Assembly: GCA_016746295.1 (NCBI GenBank)
Contig: JAEAOA010000900.1
Location: 2,554,807 to 2,618,806 of the forward strand
Direction: 5' to 3'
DNA length: 64,000 nucleotides
Source: Potamilus streckersoni
Taxonomy: Eukaryota
Shown piece after piece: positions 1 through 13,619 of the stretch. The notes beneath the pieces are model-generated. The model worked only from the letters and a program-made list of their open reading frames with translations, was not told the DNA's origin and did not search any database. Within the stretch, counting starts at the first letter, position 1; every line of letters begins with the position of its first letter. A program made the translations under genes and the position numbers.

Positions 1-741
1 CTCCAGCATTTTGCACTTCTGATTGCCTCCGTCACTTGGATATCCTGCTTCTGCCATTATCACTCTGGCAGAGGCTAAGGGGATTTAAGTGATACTGAAT
101 GGAAGAGTTTGAGGTTCAAATAACTCCTGGTTGAGACAAAACTGAAGGTATTTCTGTGCATCAGGAAGGTGGGCATGTGAAGGTATACCTATAAATCCAT
201 GGAGGTGGCAGTCTCCATCTTGAAATTCCATCTTTATTCAACATATGCCATTTCACAAAAGGTTGTGTACTTTTTCCTTAACTGAGTTAGTCTGAACTGG
301 TAAAAGCTGGTGGTCACTGATGGGGAGGACATTCACCCAAATCCAATGTTTGTCCTTTAAAGTGGAATGGACAGTTACATTGTCCACGATGAGTGACCGA
401 ACCACTGAAAAGGACTAAATTAGTACCCACTGCGACCCTGGGAAGAGGAAGACTGCACAAGTGTGAGCAACTCCCAGGGCCATCTCATCACTGTCCTTGG
501 AGGAGGAATCTGAATATTTTCTCCCAACTAACTCACCAAGTGAATGACGATTTGAAAGAACTTTGAACTAAGGCTGCTTGTGTGATGGATGAATCTGCAC
601 CTGCTTGAAGAACTTGGGAAAAGGTCCCACAGTCAGTCAGACTGGGCACACATGGTCAGTTTTGATGGGCCTGGAGTAACTGCTAGGGACCATTGTTGCT
701 TGTCACTCAAATCCAGTGACACTACTGAGGGGATCAGACCT

Positions 742-1058
742 TCAAAAATATATGTGCCTCAAGCAGTGCAAAATGGTCTTGCTGGACCGAAAATGTCTCC
801 AATCTCTGATAAAAAATTCCACCATGAGGGCCATTGACATGGAGAGTGCATGATGTGACATCACTGCAACAGCCTCCAGCAAGTGCTTAAGTGTCATTGG
901 AGATAATATTTCCTCCTTTAAGAGACTGAAGGAGGCTGCCAAAAAGAGATCAGCATGTGAAGTGATTGTCACTAGGGTGCTAGACTTAAGCTCAAAAGTG
1001 TTTAACAGGAGGCAAGCCAAAGCCCCAACCAATATTCTCAATTGAATCTCACCAGATT
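742..1058 (-). CDS. MVP: Putative MVP C-terminal (cap-ring) exon: ...SGEIQLRILVGALACLLLNTFELKSSTLVTITSHADLFLAASFSLL... The ORF continues to a TGA at 742-744.
   Basis: The acceptor is ccactttag|AA, which implies a phase-1 upstream intron. The peptide aligns to human MVP [47 protein letters not shown]. Where the coding sequence really ends is uncertain, because the tail downstream of FSLL is not conserved. Confidence 0.45.
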
Positions 1059-1799
1059 CTAAAGTGGTTGGGGTTTAAGGTTCCAAGCAAGAGAATGAAC
1101 TTGATAGTTAGTGGCAGAGAAAAACTCAGAGCACTGATTAAGCAAGATGCGAAAACCGTTCAAAATTAAAAAGATGAACATCAAAGACAAATAAAGCAAG
1201 GATTAAGAAGATAAAACACACATTCAACACAAACTGTTATGTGAAAGGCCTGAAAGACATCTGAAAACAACATTGAAGGCCAAGTTTAAAAAGTGATGAG
1301 GCAACATCTACTATACAAAGAGCTTACAGTAAAAAGAGGAAGATATTTCATATGTTGGCTGTAATTAAGAAATCAGATAGGGATAAATTTTTTATGTACA
1401 ATTCTGGCCTCCAATACTAAACAGAGGATGGAATAATTGGCTTTGACTGGGGACCATGATTCTGGAAATGAGAAGCAATGGATAAAAGCAGGTATTGTAT
1501 TAATGCTATTAAATTCTTGTTTAAGCTCAATTTATAAATAGTTTACCTACATACTCTCACTCATTTCTGCAAGTAGAGATATATCTTTTTTGTGAAAATC
1601 ATTTTTGAAGTAAAAAATTTAAAGGTTACCAAGACAAATTTCTTGTACTTTATGGCTACAGCTTTAAAATCCCTGAGAACTCTGCTACATATCCTAGGTC
1701 AATATGACTATCTGTTTAGGAAAACTGATTTAATTCGGTGTCTGATAGCATAGCAACACATCTAAATTATTTAGTACCAAGACAATTAGAGCCAAAAAC

Positions 1800-1915
1800 C
1801 TTCCCCAAGAACACACCATAGTAGCTTACCAAGGCAGATCCAATGCTAGGATCTGAACCAACACCCTTTCAATCAGGAATCAGTAATGCTAACCACTAAC
1901 CACTACAAACCCCTC
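1800..1915 (-). mobile_element. tRNA-like SINE fragment.
   Basis: The reverse complement contains gtggttagtggttagcattactgattcctgattgaaagggtgttggttcagatcc, a tRNA-like 3' half with a T-arm. Confidence 0.4.
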
Positions 1916-2559
1916 CCAATCAGAAGGAACAGGATATGCAGACTGTCCACGTTGACCACCATGAGTGTCCAACATCCAATATGGATGTTAAATAGACACA
2001 ATTTTCAATGCAGACGAAAATTACCCCATGCATTCCATGTTTTGTGACTTTCCTGCAGGTAGTTTCAGAGAGATAATAAATAATTGCTAACAGATGCCAG
2101 AGAGAGAGAGAGAGAGAAAGAACAGATACAAGACCATCACAAAGAGCTAAAAATCGCTATCCTGAAGAATTTTCTATTTAACTCTTTCAACCTACTGTGC
2201 CCTTCTGGATATCCTGCACATATATTCCTTCATTCTTGCTAAGAGGAATTTGACTCCTGAAATAAAAAGAATGTACATATAAGATATTACAAATATTTCC
2301 ATAAAAGGTGCTGAGTTAATAAAACAAGGCCACTTCTATTATTTAGTATCAATGATGGTGAGGTTACAACTGCTTTCCATTCATTATCAAGAAGGTCATG
2401 GTTGGCATATATAGCGCATGATCAGTGCATTGCTGAAGGCTAATAAAAACCATAACTAACTGTTGAAAAAAATTATGACACTGCTATTGGCAGAAAAGTG
2501 ACAGCTATGTCTCACAACCCACTAATGTTGGTTTGACAAAAAAATATTAAAACAGTGCC

Positions 2560-2688
<129 letters not shown>

Positions 2689-3214
2689 AAGCATCTAGCT
2701 CCAGTTTTTTGGTGTTCAAGTTTTGTCTTGTATGGAAATGAATATTGTGGCCCAATGTTAAGAGTGTTTGCATATTTTTTCCTCATTATTTTTAATTTAA
2801 TTTTGCATTAATATTTGGGTTTACAGAGACTCTCATACTTCATTATCAGAAACATTTCATTCACTTACATGGTGTTGTGTGTATTCACCTAATCCATATC
2901 CATTTAGTCCAATTTATTACAGTCCATAACTCCTCTAATGACATACTTTTAGGTGTCATCGGTATTATGCTCTACAGCAAAGTTCCCAGTAAAGTTATGT
3001 CAAGGAAACCAAGTTACTGAGAGATAGATGGACTATAGGGTTCCATCAACTTCTATGAGCAAGACCCTAATAGGCTTGATGACCACTAAAATTGTTATGT
3101 TTCTTGCCAATAGTTTTAAACAAAAGATGAAAGATATACTTAAAAACCCCAACATTAACATGACAGAATGTGTGTGTGGAGGGGAGAAAGGCAGATTGAG
3201 TATGAAATGAATAC

Positions 3215-3305
3215 CTTTTCTTCAGGACTTCCACTTCAATGGGAGGAATGTAACATGTGGGTCCCAGGATCATCCATCTTTCCCCACATTTACGCTGAAT
3301 CTTGC
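3215..3305 (-). CDS. MVP: MVP exon: (G)KIQRKCGERWMILGPTCYIPPIEVEVLKK(R).
   Basis: The acceptor is ttttgcttcccag|GC and the donor is AAAAG|gtattc. Compare human [31 protein letters not shown]. It ends in phase 2. Confidence 0.8.
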
Positions 3306-5043
3306 CTGGGAAGCAAAATATGACTTATTGGATGTAAACCATAGTTAAAATGGCACCCCTTTCATTATTTTGTTTGTTTGCTTAGAAATTCAACAAAAAA
3401 AAATTATTTGTGTTCTGTTGTATTTATTTTGTATTTTATTCTGTATTATTTAATTTTATAAATGGATAAATTTTAAAAAAGGAGCTGTGACTATTAAAAT
3501 TTATATTCAAGATATTCCTTTGGGTAAACAATTAACTTTTTCATCTATTTAATTCAAAACATTTTAAATGCAAAGATGAAGAATTAACTTTTATTATTCC
3601 AACGTTTCATTGTATCTTTTCTGCCATTTAAACTATTTAATTTAAGATTTTTCAAGATAAATGCACTCACTGAATTTCATAGCGAGATAATACAAGAGTG
3701 TCCAAGATAATCCACTTTCATGCATAAATGCTCCTGACAGTTATGACAACACTTCCACCACAACTGTTGCCACAAGGCCATTGATGCTTTCTTATTCATG
3801 TTACAAGATAAATCTCATAAATTTTCAATTCGTACACTTCTTGTCTTGGGATGTCTTACTAAAGTCAATTATCCTTATGGCCGGTTGTTTTGGATTTGGG
3901 ATGTGATCCTGCTCTTCCTCAGAATAGATCTTTTGTTCATTGGGTCTTTAAATTTGTTGTGAGTAACAACCAAACAATCCATGAAAACTGGTTCTACATG
4001 AAAAATAGTGAAATCACAATACCTCAAGTGGTTAACAAAAGGTATTGCAAGGAGCACATAACATAAGAGCCTCAGGTGTTTTAGTTATCTGTGCATACAG
4101 CTTCTAGTTTTGTAAAGAAACCATTTTTTATCATGAAGTCTGAGATTTTGACATTTGACATAAAAACTGAGAGGGCTCTTCCTTCCTGAAAGCTAAGGTT
4201 AGTAAATGGTCAATACATGCTGGCAGCTTTAGAGTAACAGAAAAATTTGCTTCTGCAAATCCATCTTAAATGGAGAAACTCACATGATGGTGAATATGGT
4301 TAACAACCTAGGAAGGTAACCCTGTTATGTTGCTGATATAGGTCCAACCAGGCTAAAATGAGCCCTTGTTGGTCTGTGGTAAAAACTCAACAGATTCTGT
4401 GTAAGAGTGAACCTAGCAAAATATTATCCCTTTCTTCTTTGAATGGTAACAACAAATGGCATCTCCTTCTTCTGATCATCCCAATCTACAACTGTTACCA
4501 TTTCAATGCAAGGACAGGCTCAGGCTAATGCCCGTGACAAGGGATCCAAAGAAGAAAGTAAATATATGACAAAGGTCTGATTTCTCATGAACTTGAGTCT
4601 GTTCTTGGCAATAAAAGCAGGGGGACTGTTCTGAGAGAAAATGAAACATTAAGGAACTGCACATAATCGATAATACTGTGTTTCCTAATGGTTCTGCATG
4701 TTTATCTTAAATGATTAGGAAGCATGTCTTCGAGTCATAATGGCTCTAGACAGTGGTTCAAAAGGGGCCCTTTTCAGCCATGACAGAACCCATATTACAT
4801 TTCATGGGGAAGAAGGGGTGTTGGTTGGTTAAGGCTTTCCATTAGAGATAAGTTAAAAATGCAAGAAGGTGAGAGAGGTAATTGGACTAGCTTCTACGTT
4901 TCCTTCCCATACCAGAGAAAATCCTGAACAAGAAGGCACAGATCTGAGGATTTGGTTCTGCCTTGCTGTCTCATGTCATTAACAGTAGTCAAGTTGTTGG
5001 ACAAAATGAAAAGACGTTTTCCAGATAACATTCTCTGCCACAA

Positions 5044-5046
<3 letters not shown>

Positions 5047-5130
<84 letters not shown>
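5047..5130. repeat. (TA)n microsatellite, about 42 units.
   Basis: Read directly. Confidence 0.95.
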
Positions 5131-5135
<5 letters not shown>

Positions 5136-8006
5136 GGCCTTCATCTCCAGGAAACTGATAAGCATAAAGTGTTTCAAAATTAGCCAAACTCTGCTCACTT
5201 CCTAAAGGGAGGGCAGGAAGTAGGTGTTAATATGTAGTCATAACTTGGAAACTGTTGAGATATGCATTCATAATATTTAAAGGTTATGTGTTTCTTTACT
5301 CTTGGTAATTAAAATCTGGAACTGTTTCAGAATGGAAAGCATACTGGCATTCAAGCAAAATATACATTTAAGATAACTTGTATGAAATGGTACAGAACAT
5401 ATGAAGTATCATAAAACAGCTGAACAACATGTGATAATATATAAATGGCAAATCTATCAGGCACTTTGACATGGCAATACTAATTACTTCAAACTCTATA
5501 CAACCAAACGTCAACCTTGCTTAGATATTCCAAAATTTCTACTGTGGTTAAGTTTTTAGCAATAATTCTTAGCAAATAAAAAACTTGGACATGGTTTTTA
5601 CAACAAATATATATTTGCTAAAACAAAGTCTTTTTCTTACACATTGTGTGCATACAGACCCAATTGTTTGGTTTTGTAAGAACCACTTTTACTAAAAATA
5701 AGATTTAAATGATCTCAACCTCTGGTCAAGGTATGCAGTTGAACTAAACTTACTGACAGAAAGAATCATTTTTTGAATGGACTTACCTGGACAGTGACCT
5801 CCAACCATTAGACATCAAATCTAAAGGTTTTTAATTAACCCAAGTGCAAATTATCCAAACAGTTGGGTCAAAAAGCTTACCCTAGAACAAAAGTTATTCT
5901 GCAAAACCCAGTATATTTGAGCTGCAATGACTCTGACATTTGACCTACTGACCCAAAAATATTGTTCTTTTAGACTCAGTGACTATGTCTTCTGAACTTT
6001 TTACATCAAAATTGATAGGCTTCTTCCTCACCAAAAGTGCAAACCACCTAGAATTTTGGTCCAGGTATGTAATATAGAACCAGTACAATTTGTGCAGACA
6101 CTATTTTTCTTCTTTTAGCTGTGACCTTTGACTTTTGACCACAAAATCGAGAGACAGACAGAGGCACTTATTTTGAACATCAATGATCCAAGATATATAC
6201 TGGGAGTCTAGTAATGGGAAGTCACCACCACAGCTGGTTACTATGGACAAGGGGTGTGTGAAGGACTGGTCTAGTACTAGTCCACCACTTTAGGGTGGGA
6301 AAGCATAAAGCAAACAGTCAATTCCACTTCAGACTGAATACATCCACTACCCAGGTTCCCTCATTTGGCACTGGGGAGATGTAAAAGGGAGCATGTTGTT
6401 CAAATCTGTTGCAAACGAGTCCACGCTGGGTCACACCCTGTCTGAATAGAGAGTCTGCCACTGATTCATGCAGCGACCACTATGTGATGACACTTGCCAT
6501 TCCTGGGCAGATGGTCTTCCAGGATATTTACTTACTGGAGATGTGATGAGCTCTAAAGTTGCCCAGTGAAGGAGGTTCTCATTTTGAGATTGTTTATGTG
6601 GAGGACAAATTATTCTATGGAACACAAACCTTGAAGAGCCATTTTTTTTTTTCTAGCCCCAAATGAGAGCCCACCCTGAATCTCACACACCTTTGAACTG
6701 ATAGGAGTTACAGGAGCATGTAAGTCAAGTCAAGTCAAAAAAATGGTTTTGTTTTTCTCAACAACTGTGATTGTGAAAGTCTAGTCCCTAAGAAATCTTA
6801 ACTCTTTTGGGAGTCTTGTGTGGTTCACCAAGGAGAGAAACTGGAGAGGGTGAAACGGAAGCCTTCCCAAAAGAATAAGGTCCACTGCAGTGTTTAAGGA
6901 CAACCAGCATTACAAATATTGCCCAAAATTCTGCAGACATTGTTAAATCGGACTTGGACTTGTGAGGAAATTTATTAGTACATATATGAAATCCTGAGAT
7001 GGGACAAGCTCTTACTTCTCTTGGCTGGATAAAAGGCCCAGCCAGGTCACTCAGGACCAGCAGAAGGACAGACTGTGACTTACGGACTCTAAGTGGCCAT
7101 TGTGAACCAACCACTCATGGAAATAGTAAGAACAGGAATACCGAGTCACCTTAAGTGGACAATGACTACTCCCATTATCTTGGGAAATGCTCTGGTCATG
7201 GAAGCTAGATTGAATGGCAGAGTATTAAACTATACGACCTCCCTATCCATCCATAGCCAGAGTACTTCCTATAAGAAGGAAATATCCTAGAGGTCGATGG
7301 AGACTACACAAAGTATAGCCTCACGGGGAGACAAATAACATTACCCACTGACTGGGATTTCCATGTCTCGGTCCAAACCCCAACATACATTCTATTAGTC
7401 TGATAAACAATTTAATGCAAGCCAAATATACAATTCTCAGAGAAACATTGCAAGACTGCAATACAAAAGGTGTCCTTCATAAAGATGAGAACTACAGTGT
7501 TTGTGCCAATGAGATGGGTAGCAGACAGGGTCTGTGTTATGTTCTGAATTCTTTCCACAGGAGGATGAATTCTTATTTTAAGGATGAGGGCAATTTCTTC
7601 CTAGAATAACAAGCCATACAATGCTGACAGGTGACATAGTCCTGATATTAAACCCTGCATTTGCAAGGCCTCTAGTCACACCTTGCTGACCAGGCACAAA
7701 CAGAAGCAGTAACTGGCAAATGATTAAATTTTGTGAAAATAACTTTATCCATGCTCATTTATTTTCTGTGTTTGCAAGCTGATGATCTTTTGCACCTTTG
7801 TTGGTTAAAAATGCTAAACAATGGGGTGACAATATTTTTAAACTTGGGAGGGCTGGATCTTCATTTTGGTGGATGTGGTTATGGGGCCTAATGTAGTGGG
7901 TAACATATTTGAAGAAAAAATATGTTATCTACTCTGATATATAAATATGCCTGATTAGAAGTGGCATCTACTAACAAAAGCAAAACAAAATCTTTTGATG
8001 ATTTAC

Positions 8007-8123
8007 CTTTCTTTTTGTCTTCTGATGACACCTCTTCTGTGTGATTGTCAATTGCACGAAGAAGCAGAGCTTCATTTTCTGATAAAACAAATGCTTGCTG
8101 AATCCCTTTCTCGATCTCTTCAC
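8007..8123 (-). CDS. MVP: MVP exon: (G)EEIEKGIQQAFVLSENEALLLRAIDNHTEEVSSEDKKK(G).
   Basis: The acceptor is ttcttcattag|GT and the donor is AAAG|gtaaat. Compare human [37 protein letters not shown]. Confidence 0.85.
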
Positions 8124-9182
8124 CTAATGAAGAATTTAAGAAAATTGGCTGTGTATTGATTTGATACATCAAAAATGTTGAAATTCATGCTTATTTTAGT
8201 GGCAGAAATTGAAATTGAAAACTTTGTTCCATTCATTGACCATATCATTAGTTAAAAGAGTTTACTTGCTTACAGAGGGTAAGTTAAGAAATCAATCTGG
8301 TTGTGTGCTTATCTACTTCAAAGAAATTCAGATCAGCCATCAAATCCACTGAGGAATAGTCCATAAAGAATCATGTCAGTCAGCAGTGAAACAGTGAATT
8401 TAATTTTTATTGTTGGTTGTAGGGCCAATTAATGAAAAACTCTGTATATCATTGTCAAAGTATTTTACTTTTGTATGTGGTCAGTATATGAAAGAGCTAT
8501 CACATGTGATTATTTCCCCAAACCATCTGAGTTAAAGGCAAAGAGTAATCAATTTAATTAAATTAAAAGAATCAACCTATGCAGTGCTTGAAACTATAAC
8601 ATCAACTGATTGGTTGTTTCACATGTTCATGTATGCAAGTTTAAGTAATTATGTTTACAGTCACTGTGACCAGCCCTGTATATTGTACATGCATATGAGA
8701 TCCAAATGGCATAGTTCTGTCAATGCTGAACTTTGATTGAAAATGCCCAGATTTAAAGTAGTTTTGTGGTTTATAGAAAATGGAGACAAATTTTAAAACT
8801 TGTGTGCTTATGTGGAAAAAATGTAAGCTTTGTATTAAAGCTATTAACTTTCATCATCATAAAAATTAAAGGTTTTTTTTATAATTTGTTGGGTTGGATA
8901 TGCATGGGGTGGGTGGGGGTGTCAATGGATTTAACCACATACCACTGAGGTGAAAAGGAAGCATATTACTTCTGCAGTGTCCAGGACCATAATTTTACTA
9001 TGAACATACTCCATCACATAAATTTTTTCCACTTTGGAGAAAAAAAAGTGTTTCATTTGTTCTTCATTTTAAGGCAAGAGATATGTCAGATGGGTCCTTC
9101 AATTTATGATTTGTGGCAAATAAGATTTGCAAGAAAATTTAATTACCTGAAAAATCTGTGATTTAGAGAATGTGTTACATAC

Positions 9183-9327
9183 CTGGATGGAGGAAGAAGT
9201 TGCAAACCCCCTTTCTTAGTTGTCTCTGACCAAAATGAGGTTTCAGCGTTTTAGGATCTACAGGGTTCATGATGACACAAAACTGGTGGTTGTTCAAAAC
9301 TGTTATTTTTGTTTGGGATACAACCTC
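9183..9327 (-). CDS. MVP: MVP exon: EVVSQTKITVLNNHQFCVIMNPVDPKTLKPHFGQRQLRKGVCNFFLHP(G).
   Basis: The acceptor is aatacattacag|GAG and the donor is CCAG|gtatgt. Compare human [42 protein letters not shown]. Confidence 0.85.
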
Positions 9328-11715
9328 CTGTAATGTATTAAAAAATGGATTAGCTTTTTTAGCAAGTTTTTTTTAAATCCTTTTTTTTCTTCCATTGGTT
9401 TCATTTTCTTCATTCCCTAAATTCTTGATTATAATAGAATGAAATTTAGTGTAAAGGGACAAAAATAATACATAAATTCATGTCCTAACTACACTAAAAA
9501 AATGAAAAACTCTTACTCAAGTCTTGTTATTTAATTAATCTGTTTTATGCAAGAGAGATATATTCTATTATTTCAACAACCATGATTATTAATTTTATTC
9601 ATCATTCTCTAGAAAAAAACACCACAGTAATGAATACAAACTTATTCCATTAGCACTTTTCTTCAATGTCTTTTTGGCTAGAGCAAAAATTTGATATTTG
9701 ATGCGAAGTCAAATAGGGAGAAGTAAACACAAACAAACCTGACTAACTCTGACATGGCATTAAAGACTTGACAGTGTAATTTATTAACATCAAGACAAGG
9801 TACATGTGGAGAAAATATCTCTGCATATGACCTTTCACCCAAAGGGCAACTAAGGAATATTTTGCTAACAAGAAATATTTTGGTTGGAAATAAAGCCAAA
9901 GTGTTCTAATTTTGAATGAAGGATGTAGTATTTTCATGAAGCAACCTTATCAGGGGTTAGAAGTGATCTTAAATTTTGAATTTAAAGTTTATCTTAGGTT
10001 TTCTCAATATTTCAATAACAATGTTGAGATAAAAGACAAAAAGCAGTTACTACATTATCACCACTGTGAAAAAACATTTACTAAAAATTTGATAAAGTAT
10101 GCTTTTGAGCTAGTTTCTAAATAAAATGAAAAAAAAGATAAAGTGAAAAATAAATAATTAAAAAACAAACACCTGCAAGTACTAAGAAACATCCACTAAA
10201 ATTTCCTCCTGCATACTGCCCAGCAAATAATCCATTTAAGAAATATAAAAATATAACCAATGTCATCTTTAAACCTGCAGTTTAATACATGGTATATATA
10301 CATAATACACCACACACTGCATACAATAACCTGTGCTAGGACCTAGACATTTTTTTTTAATACAAGTTTTTAAGCTCTTCAAGTTTCTTATCTAGCTGCT
10401 TTTCAAGAGCATTTTTTTTTTCTCTCCTTTATCCCTTGCACACTTTATATTCACAACATGCATCAGAAAGGTCAGTGTCACTTTCCAACCACTGGGCATA
10501 CACTGGTTTTGAAAGCCAACTCAGTTGGAAACAAGTTTTACTTTGCTACCAGCTATGCTCATGGTATTATGAATTAAGCCTGTTTAAGGAGTAATATTAC
10601 CTCATCTGGATTTACTGGGGTTTCATTTTTACATAGTTTTGTTTTCCCCCATTTAAACCCTAAAAATATTATGCAAAGAACTGATAAAAAGTTGACATCT
10701 AAAACTAGTATGCAGTCAAAATTTGCACCATTTGAAGGTCAACATTTCCTCATCAACAGGGAATTTTCAAACATGTCAAAATAGACAAGATTTTTTTTTA
10801 TAGAACAATAAACTAATTAAATGTTGTTATATTCCATATTTCATCAAGGTGAATTAACAAGGCAGTGATAATATGATTTTCCTAACTTCCTATCTAGTGT
10901 AATTTAGGGTAAATCATTCCTGACTGTAAACCTGAATACACCTTGCTTTGATTTCCTGGCAAATAAGAGAAAGTACATGTGTTAATAATGTTCACTGTAT
11001 TAATTGTACATGTTTGTGCACCTGAAAACTGACAAGTCAATCTGAAGTTGAGATAATAACAACATTCCTCAAGAAAATGAAGGGATTAATCCAAGTTTAT
11101 AAGTATGTTCGTGCTAACAACCACCTAAGGTGCAGTCCAGAAGTCTGTAACCTTTAAGATGATGATCAGACCTATTAAAATTACATATCTGGTGTCTGAG
11201 AAGTTATGAATTTGTTATATGGTGTGCCAATTTTGGGCCAAAAGTTAACATACTTTGCAGTGTAACATCTTTTTGAGCCTTTAGAATCATGTCACTAACT
11301 ATATGTACTACTTCTGCTATGTTGGCAATGCTCTTTAGTTTCAATTATATGCTTGACTCACCCAATTCAAAACAATTTCAGACAAGGTGCATCAGTTACA
11401 ATTTTAAAAAATATATCTTTAAAAATGGTCCAACTGTTGCTTTTCTAAACATTTTGATGTTGATATGTTTTTATGGGTCTATCAAATGAACAATGGAACA
11501 AAAAACTGCAGATCTTTAATTTGCATAATTTTCACACATAAAAACCTCCCAAAAAGCCCCAAAACTAATCTAAACACAAATCCTAATCTTACTAATAGAC
11601 ATTGCCCAAGCCTAATGCAACAAATCACATCCTGCCCTTTCTTCCATAAGAAATTTCTAGTTGGGGCACTGATCTTGTAGGAGTAAGAATCATTTGGCTA
11701 GAACACTATACTTAC

Positions 11716-11782
11716 AACACCAATTTCAGTTAGGTATTCTGTCATCATTTCTCCAGTGACTAGCCACATTTCTCCTGCAAGT
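11716..11782 (-). CDS. MVP: MVP exon: (R)LAGEMWLVTGEMMTEYLTEIGV.
   Basis: The acceptor is ctgttttttcag|A and the donor is GTT|gtaagt. Compare human [27 protein letters not shown]. The phase continues. Confidence 0.75.
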
Positions 11783-12949
11783 CTGAAAAAACAGATAATA
11801 TTCTTTTTCAACAAAATTTGACAATTTGAATTGGTGTGGACCCAAATATTTTTGTTCTAGTTTGTTAATTTTCAGTTTTTTTGAAGGTTTCGGACCAACC
11901 ACTTTATGCTGAAACTGAACATGGCATCAAAGTGAATCCTATTATTCTATTACTTGTTGTGATGATCAAGTTATCAAAATTTTTAGGTATTTGTTGATGT
12001 TTTGTATTTGTTAATATTTTCTTCCTACAGACCTATCCAAAATGTGCAAATTATACTGAATTATAAAATCAAAATTAGACCATCAGGAACGTTTCCAGGA
12101 ATTAAAACCAATACCTCTGTCTTATGTGATTCAATAACCTGTATCCCCCTCCCATGACACACACTCATGGCATACTGCATCACCCTTCATCATAGCACGG
12201 TTCATGTTATGATAAGGCAGGAATTGTCATGGATCCCATTTTATTATGCTGTAGTAAAATGAATTGTGCTTCATAATAAGGTGGTACAATTCATGGCTTT
12301 CACAGGTAGCATTATAATGAGTGCAGTATATTACAAGATTCCAGAAAAATAATAAATTAATACAGAATATGTTGTGGGACACTTTATTCATCTGTCTGAA
12401 TATAAAGTCTGGAAAAATATCTATATAACTGACATTGCACTTTATAAATTTATCAGATGACCACATTTTCATAAACAACTGTATATCAATAAAGATATGT
12501 GGATGAGGTATGTCTGATGTAGGAGAAAAAAAGGGTGAATGTGAACATAATATATTTCAGACAACACATTTTTAGATACCATGAAATTTTTGATAAAAAT
12601 TTATAATGCCTTGTTATTTTTTGGACATTGTTTGGTAGGACATTTTCTTGCATCTGTATGTTTGGCCCAGAACTGTAGTTCTCAGTGATAAGTGAGGAAC
12701 AGACTAATATAATTTTTAAAAAGAGAATGAGAAGCTTGCTTATCATCAAAAATTGCCATCACAAATTAAAGCCATGCTTTAAAAAACTGGGAGCACTGAG
12801 CTTCACTGTTTCAATGTATTCATGGCACTGGTAATAAGGGGGAATATTAACAATCATAAAAAAACAAGCTAAATGATGTTCAGAGAAGCAAAGCTGTATG
12901 ACGCCATATTTTTAACACCTTTTTTAGTACATGATACATGGCTGCCAGT

Positions 12950-13075
12950 ATATTAAGTGGATGAAGAACCTGGGAAAACCCTGGGAGGAATCACTGTCAC
13001 ATAGGAAGCTTCTGGCAAACTTTCTCACATACCCGCCAAGCAGAGGCTCTACCCCATGCATGGACGGAGATGAGA
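12950..13075 (-). mobile_element. SINE family 2 fragment.
   Basis: Shares the ...cctgggaaaaccctgggagg...ctttctcacatacc... segment with the other copies. Confidence 0.5.
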
Positions 13076-13524
13076 TGTCAGTGATTTGTAAGAGTAAGTG
13101 TGCTTTAGACTACATGGCCATATGGGTAAAAAGGAAAAATTGGCTAAAATCTTCATGACTAGAAACCTTCCAAATAAAGCATGTACAACTAGAAGATAAA
13201 AAAAGATAAACGGTAAAGAGATCTGACAAGATGGCTTTCACTTGATGTGATGTGTTTTACAATATGCTTGTAGTTTTTTGTAATTGAAAAAATTTAGACA
13301 ATACCAGGTTTTGCCAAGAAACACATGTGTTCATTTATTTGTCATTATACAATGTATAAAAGCATGATAAAATTTGCTGCTTGACTTCAGAGATTGTCCA
13401 ATATTGAATACTGACTGCACCTCTCCACCAAATATATTATTTTATGCCATCTAAAGAAGAAATCCAAAGAAGAAAGTAAATATGGTATATTTTGTTAAGT
13501 ACCTGGTATACTGTGGTAACTAAC

Positions 13525-13619
13525 CTGTCTTTCCCCTCAGAATCCACCAGAGTTTGATTAGCTTTCAATATAAGACCTGTTTCTGGGGTTAGGGTATGTT
13601 TCTTCTCTACCCGTACCAC
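13525..13619 (-). CDS. MVP: MVP exon: VVRVEKKHTLTPETGLILKANQTLVDSEGKD(R).
   Basis: The acceptor is tataatcttcag|GTG and the donor is GACAG|gttagt. Compare human [32 protein letters not shown]. Confidence 0.75.

Noticed and set aside
3067-3273. The ORF-track 'MILGPTCY...' start.
   Set aside because: This is an internal Met of an MVP exon. The exon begins at a splice acceptor 35 nt upstream.
6431-6625. A minus-strand ORF ending ...LHWATLELITSP followed by a canonical GTAAGT donor. I considered it as an MVP exon.
   Set aside because: It has no similarity to any part of MVP. A splice-like hexamer alone is insufficient, so it is left uncalled.
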